6,996 bases of DNA, taken from IMG/VR virus record IMGVR_UViG_2531839468_000016. One strand, 5' to 3'. Numbering within the stretch: position 1 is the first letter of the stretch; each line of letters begins with the position of its first letter. The DNA comes from a virus. Lineage: Duplodnaviria; Heunggongvirae; Uroviricota; Caudoviricetes. Shown piece after piece: positions 6,493 to 6,996 of the stretch. A model generated the notes under the pieces. The model made no database searches, was not told the origin of the DNA, and saw only the letters and a program-made list of their open reading frames with translations. The position numbers were made by a program, and so were the translations under genes.

Positions 6493-6708
6493 ATGAAACC
6501 GGATATTTATTACGGAACTGTTTTAAAGACCTGCCGGGATTTCGATATTATCCTGGTGAATAACTTTATCGATCGGGTAACAGTTACCGGGAATTTTCTG
6601 TTCGGTTGCTGCAGTCATACACTACTGCATTGTCCTGTGAACACTGACTGCAATATCAACTGGCTCTCCGGAAACAAGAAAAACTGTCAGAACAAGCGCA
6701 AATGCTGA
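6493..6708 (+). CDS. Questionable small Cys-rich ORF (71 aa) antisense to the phage early-left operon
   Basis: ATG at 6493 with weak SD; 7 Cys in 71 aa; AT-rich; fills the long intergenic gap between the 823-aa gene and the upstream small ORF. No recognisable homology. Could equally be non-coding. Confidence 0.15.
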   Translation: MKPDIYYGTVLKTCRDFDIILVNNFIDRVTVTGNFLFGCCSHTLLHCPVNTDCNINWLSGNKKNCQNKRKC

Positions 6709-6710
6709 AT

Positions 6711-6899
6711 TCATTGTGCACATCCTTTTGGCATCAGACGTAAACGAGCCAGCATTGAAACAATGCATATTTTATTTAATAGCTCCCGTTCTTGTTTTCT
6801 CTTGTTAATGGCATCTTCAGTAAATACTGGGTTACTGATAGTGACACCAATTTCAAAACAACCTTCAGACGTATTAACGTTTGGTAATAACGTTTTCAT
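6711..6899 (-). CDS. Hypothetical small phage protein, 62 aa (MKTLLPNVNTSEGCFEIGVTISNPVFTEDAINKRKQERELLNKICIVSMLARLRLMPKGCAQ)
   Basis: ATG at 6897-6899 preceded by a good SD (GAGGA, 7-nt spacing). Same strand as the large exonuclease, int and xis. The frame stays open upstream to the window edge (6995), so a longer product starting outside the window cannot be excluded. No recognised family. Confidence 0.4.
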   Translation of the reverse strand: MKTLLPNVNTSEGCFEIGVTISNPVFTEDAINKRKQERELLNKICIVSMLARLRLMPKGCAQ

Positions 6900-6996
6900 T
6901 ATCGCGTCCTCAACAATGAATTTTGTGATGCAGTGCCTGGTGCCTCCAGGTGACGTTAACCAGTTAACAATTAACGCCGGATACAGAGAATCCACC

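Noticed and set aside
6711-6995. 94-aa version of the small minus-strand ORF starting at the window edge
   Set aside because: The apparent start is a GTG at the very edge of the window; the internal ATG at 6897-6899 has a good SD. The frame is open to the edge, so the real start is unresolved and I annotated the conservative 62-aa version.

Overview
This window looks like an Escherichia/Shigella-type chromosomal segment in which one core gene, mtfA, sits between two tRNA genes (tRNA-Asn, minus strand, and tRNA-Ser(CGA), plus strand), each abutted by a mobile element. On the tRNA-Asn side (1..1182) is the right-hand part of an IS66-family insertion sequence whose transposase is truncated by the window edge and split across two reading frames. 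On the tRNA-Ser side (about 2600 to the window end) is the left end of a lambdoid prophage: attL with tandem arm-type repeats, a lambda-family integrase, an excisionase with a coupled stop/start overlap, then an 823-aa protein and a small upstream ORF, all on the minus strand. The most interesting item is the 823-aa protein: its C-terminal domain carries clear DEDDh (DnaQ-like) 3'->5' exonuclease motifs, while its N-terminal and linker regions resemble, from memory, the non-catalytic part of RecE (exonuclease VIII); no RecT/Bet-like gene follows it. The second is that the integrase has Lys where the conserved second catalytic Arg is expected. No CRISPR array, rRNA or recognisable defence operon was seen. 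All homology statements are from reading the translations and from memory; no database search was run.
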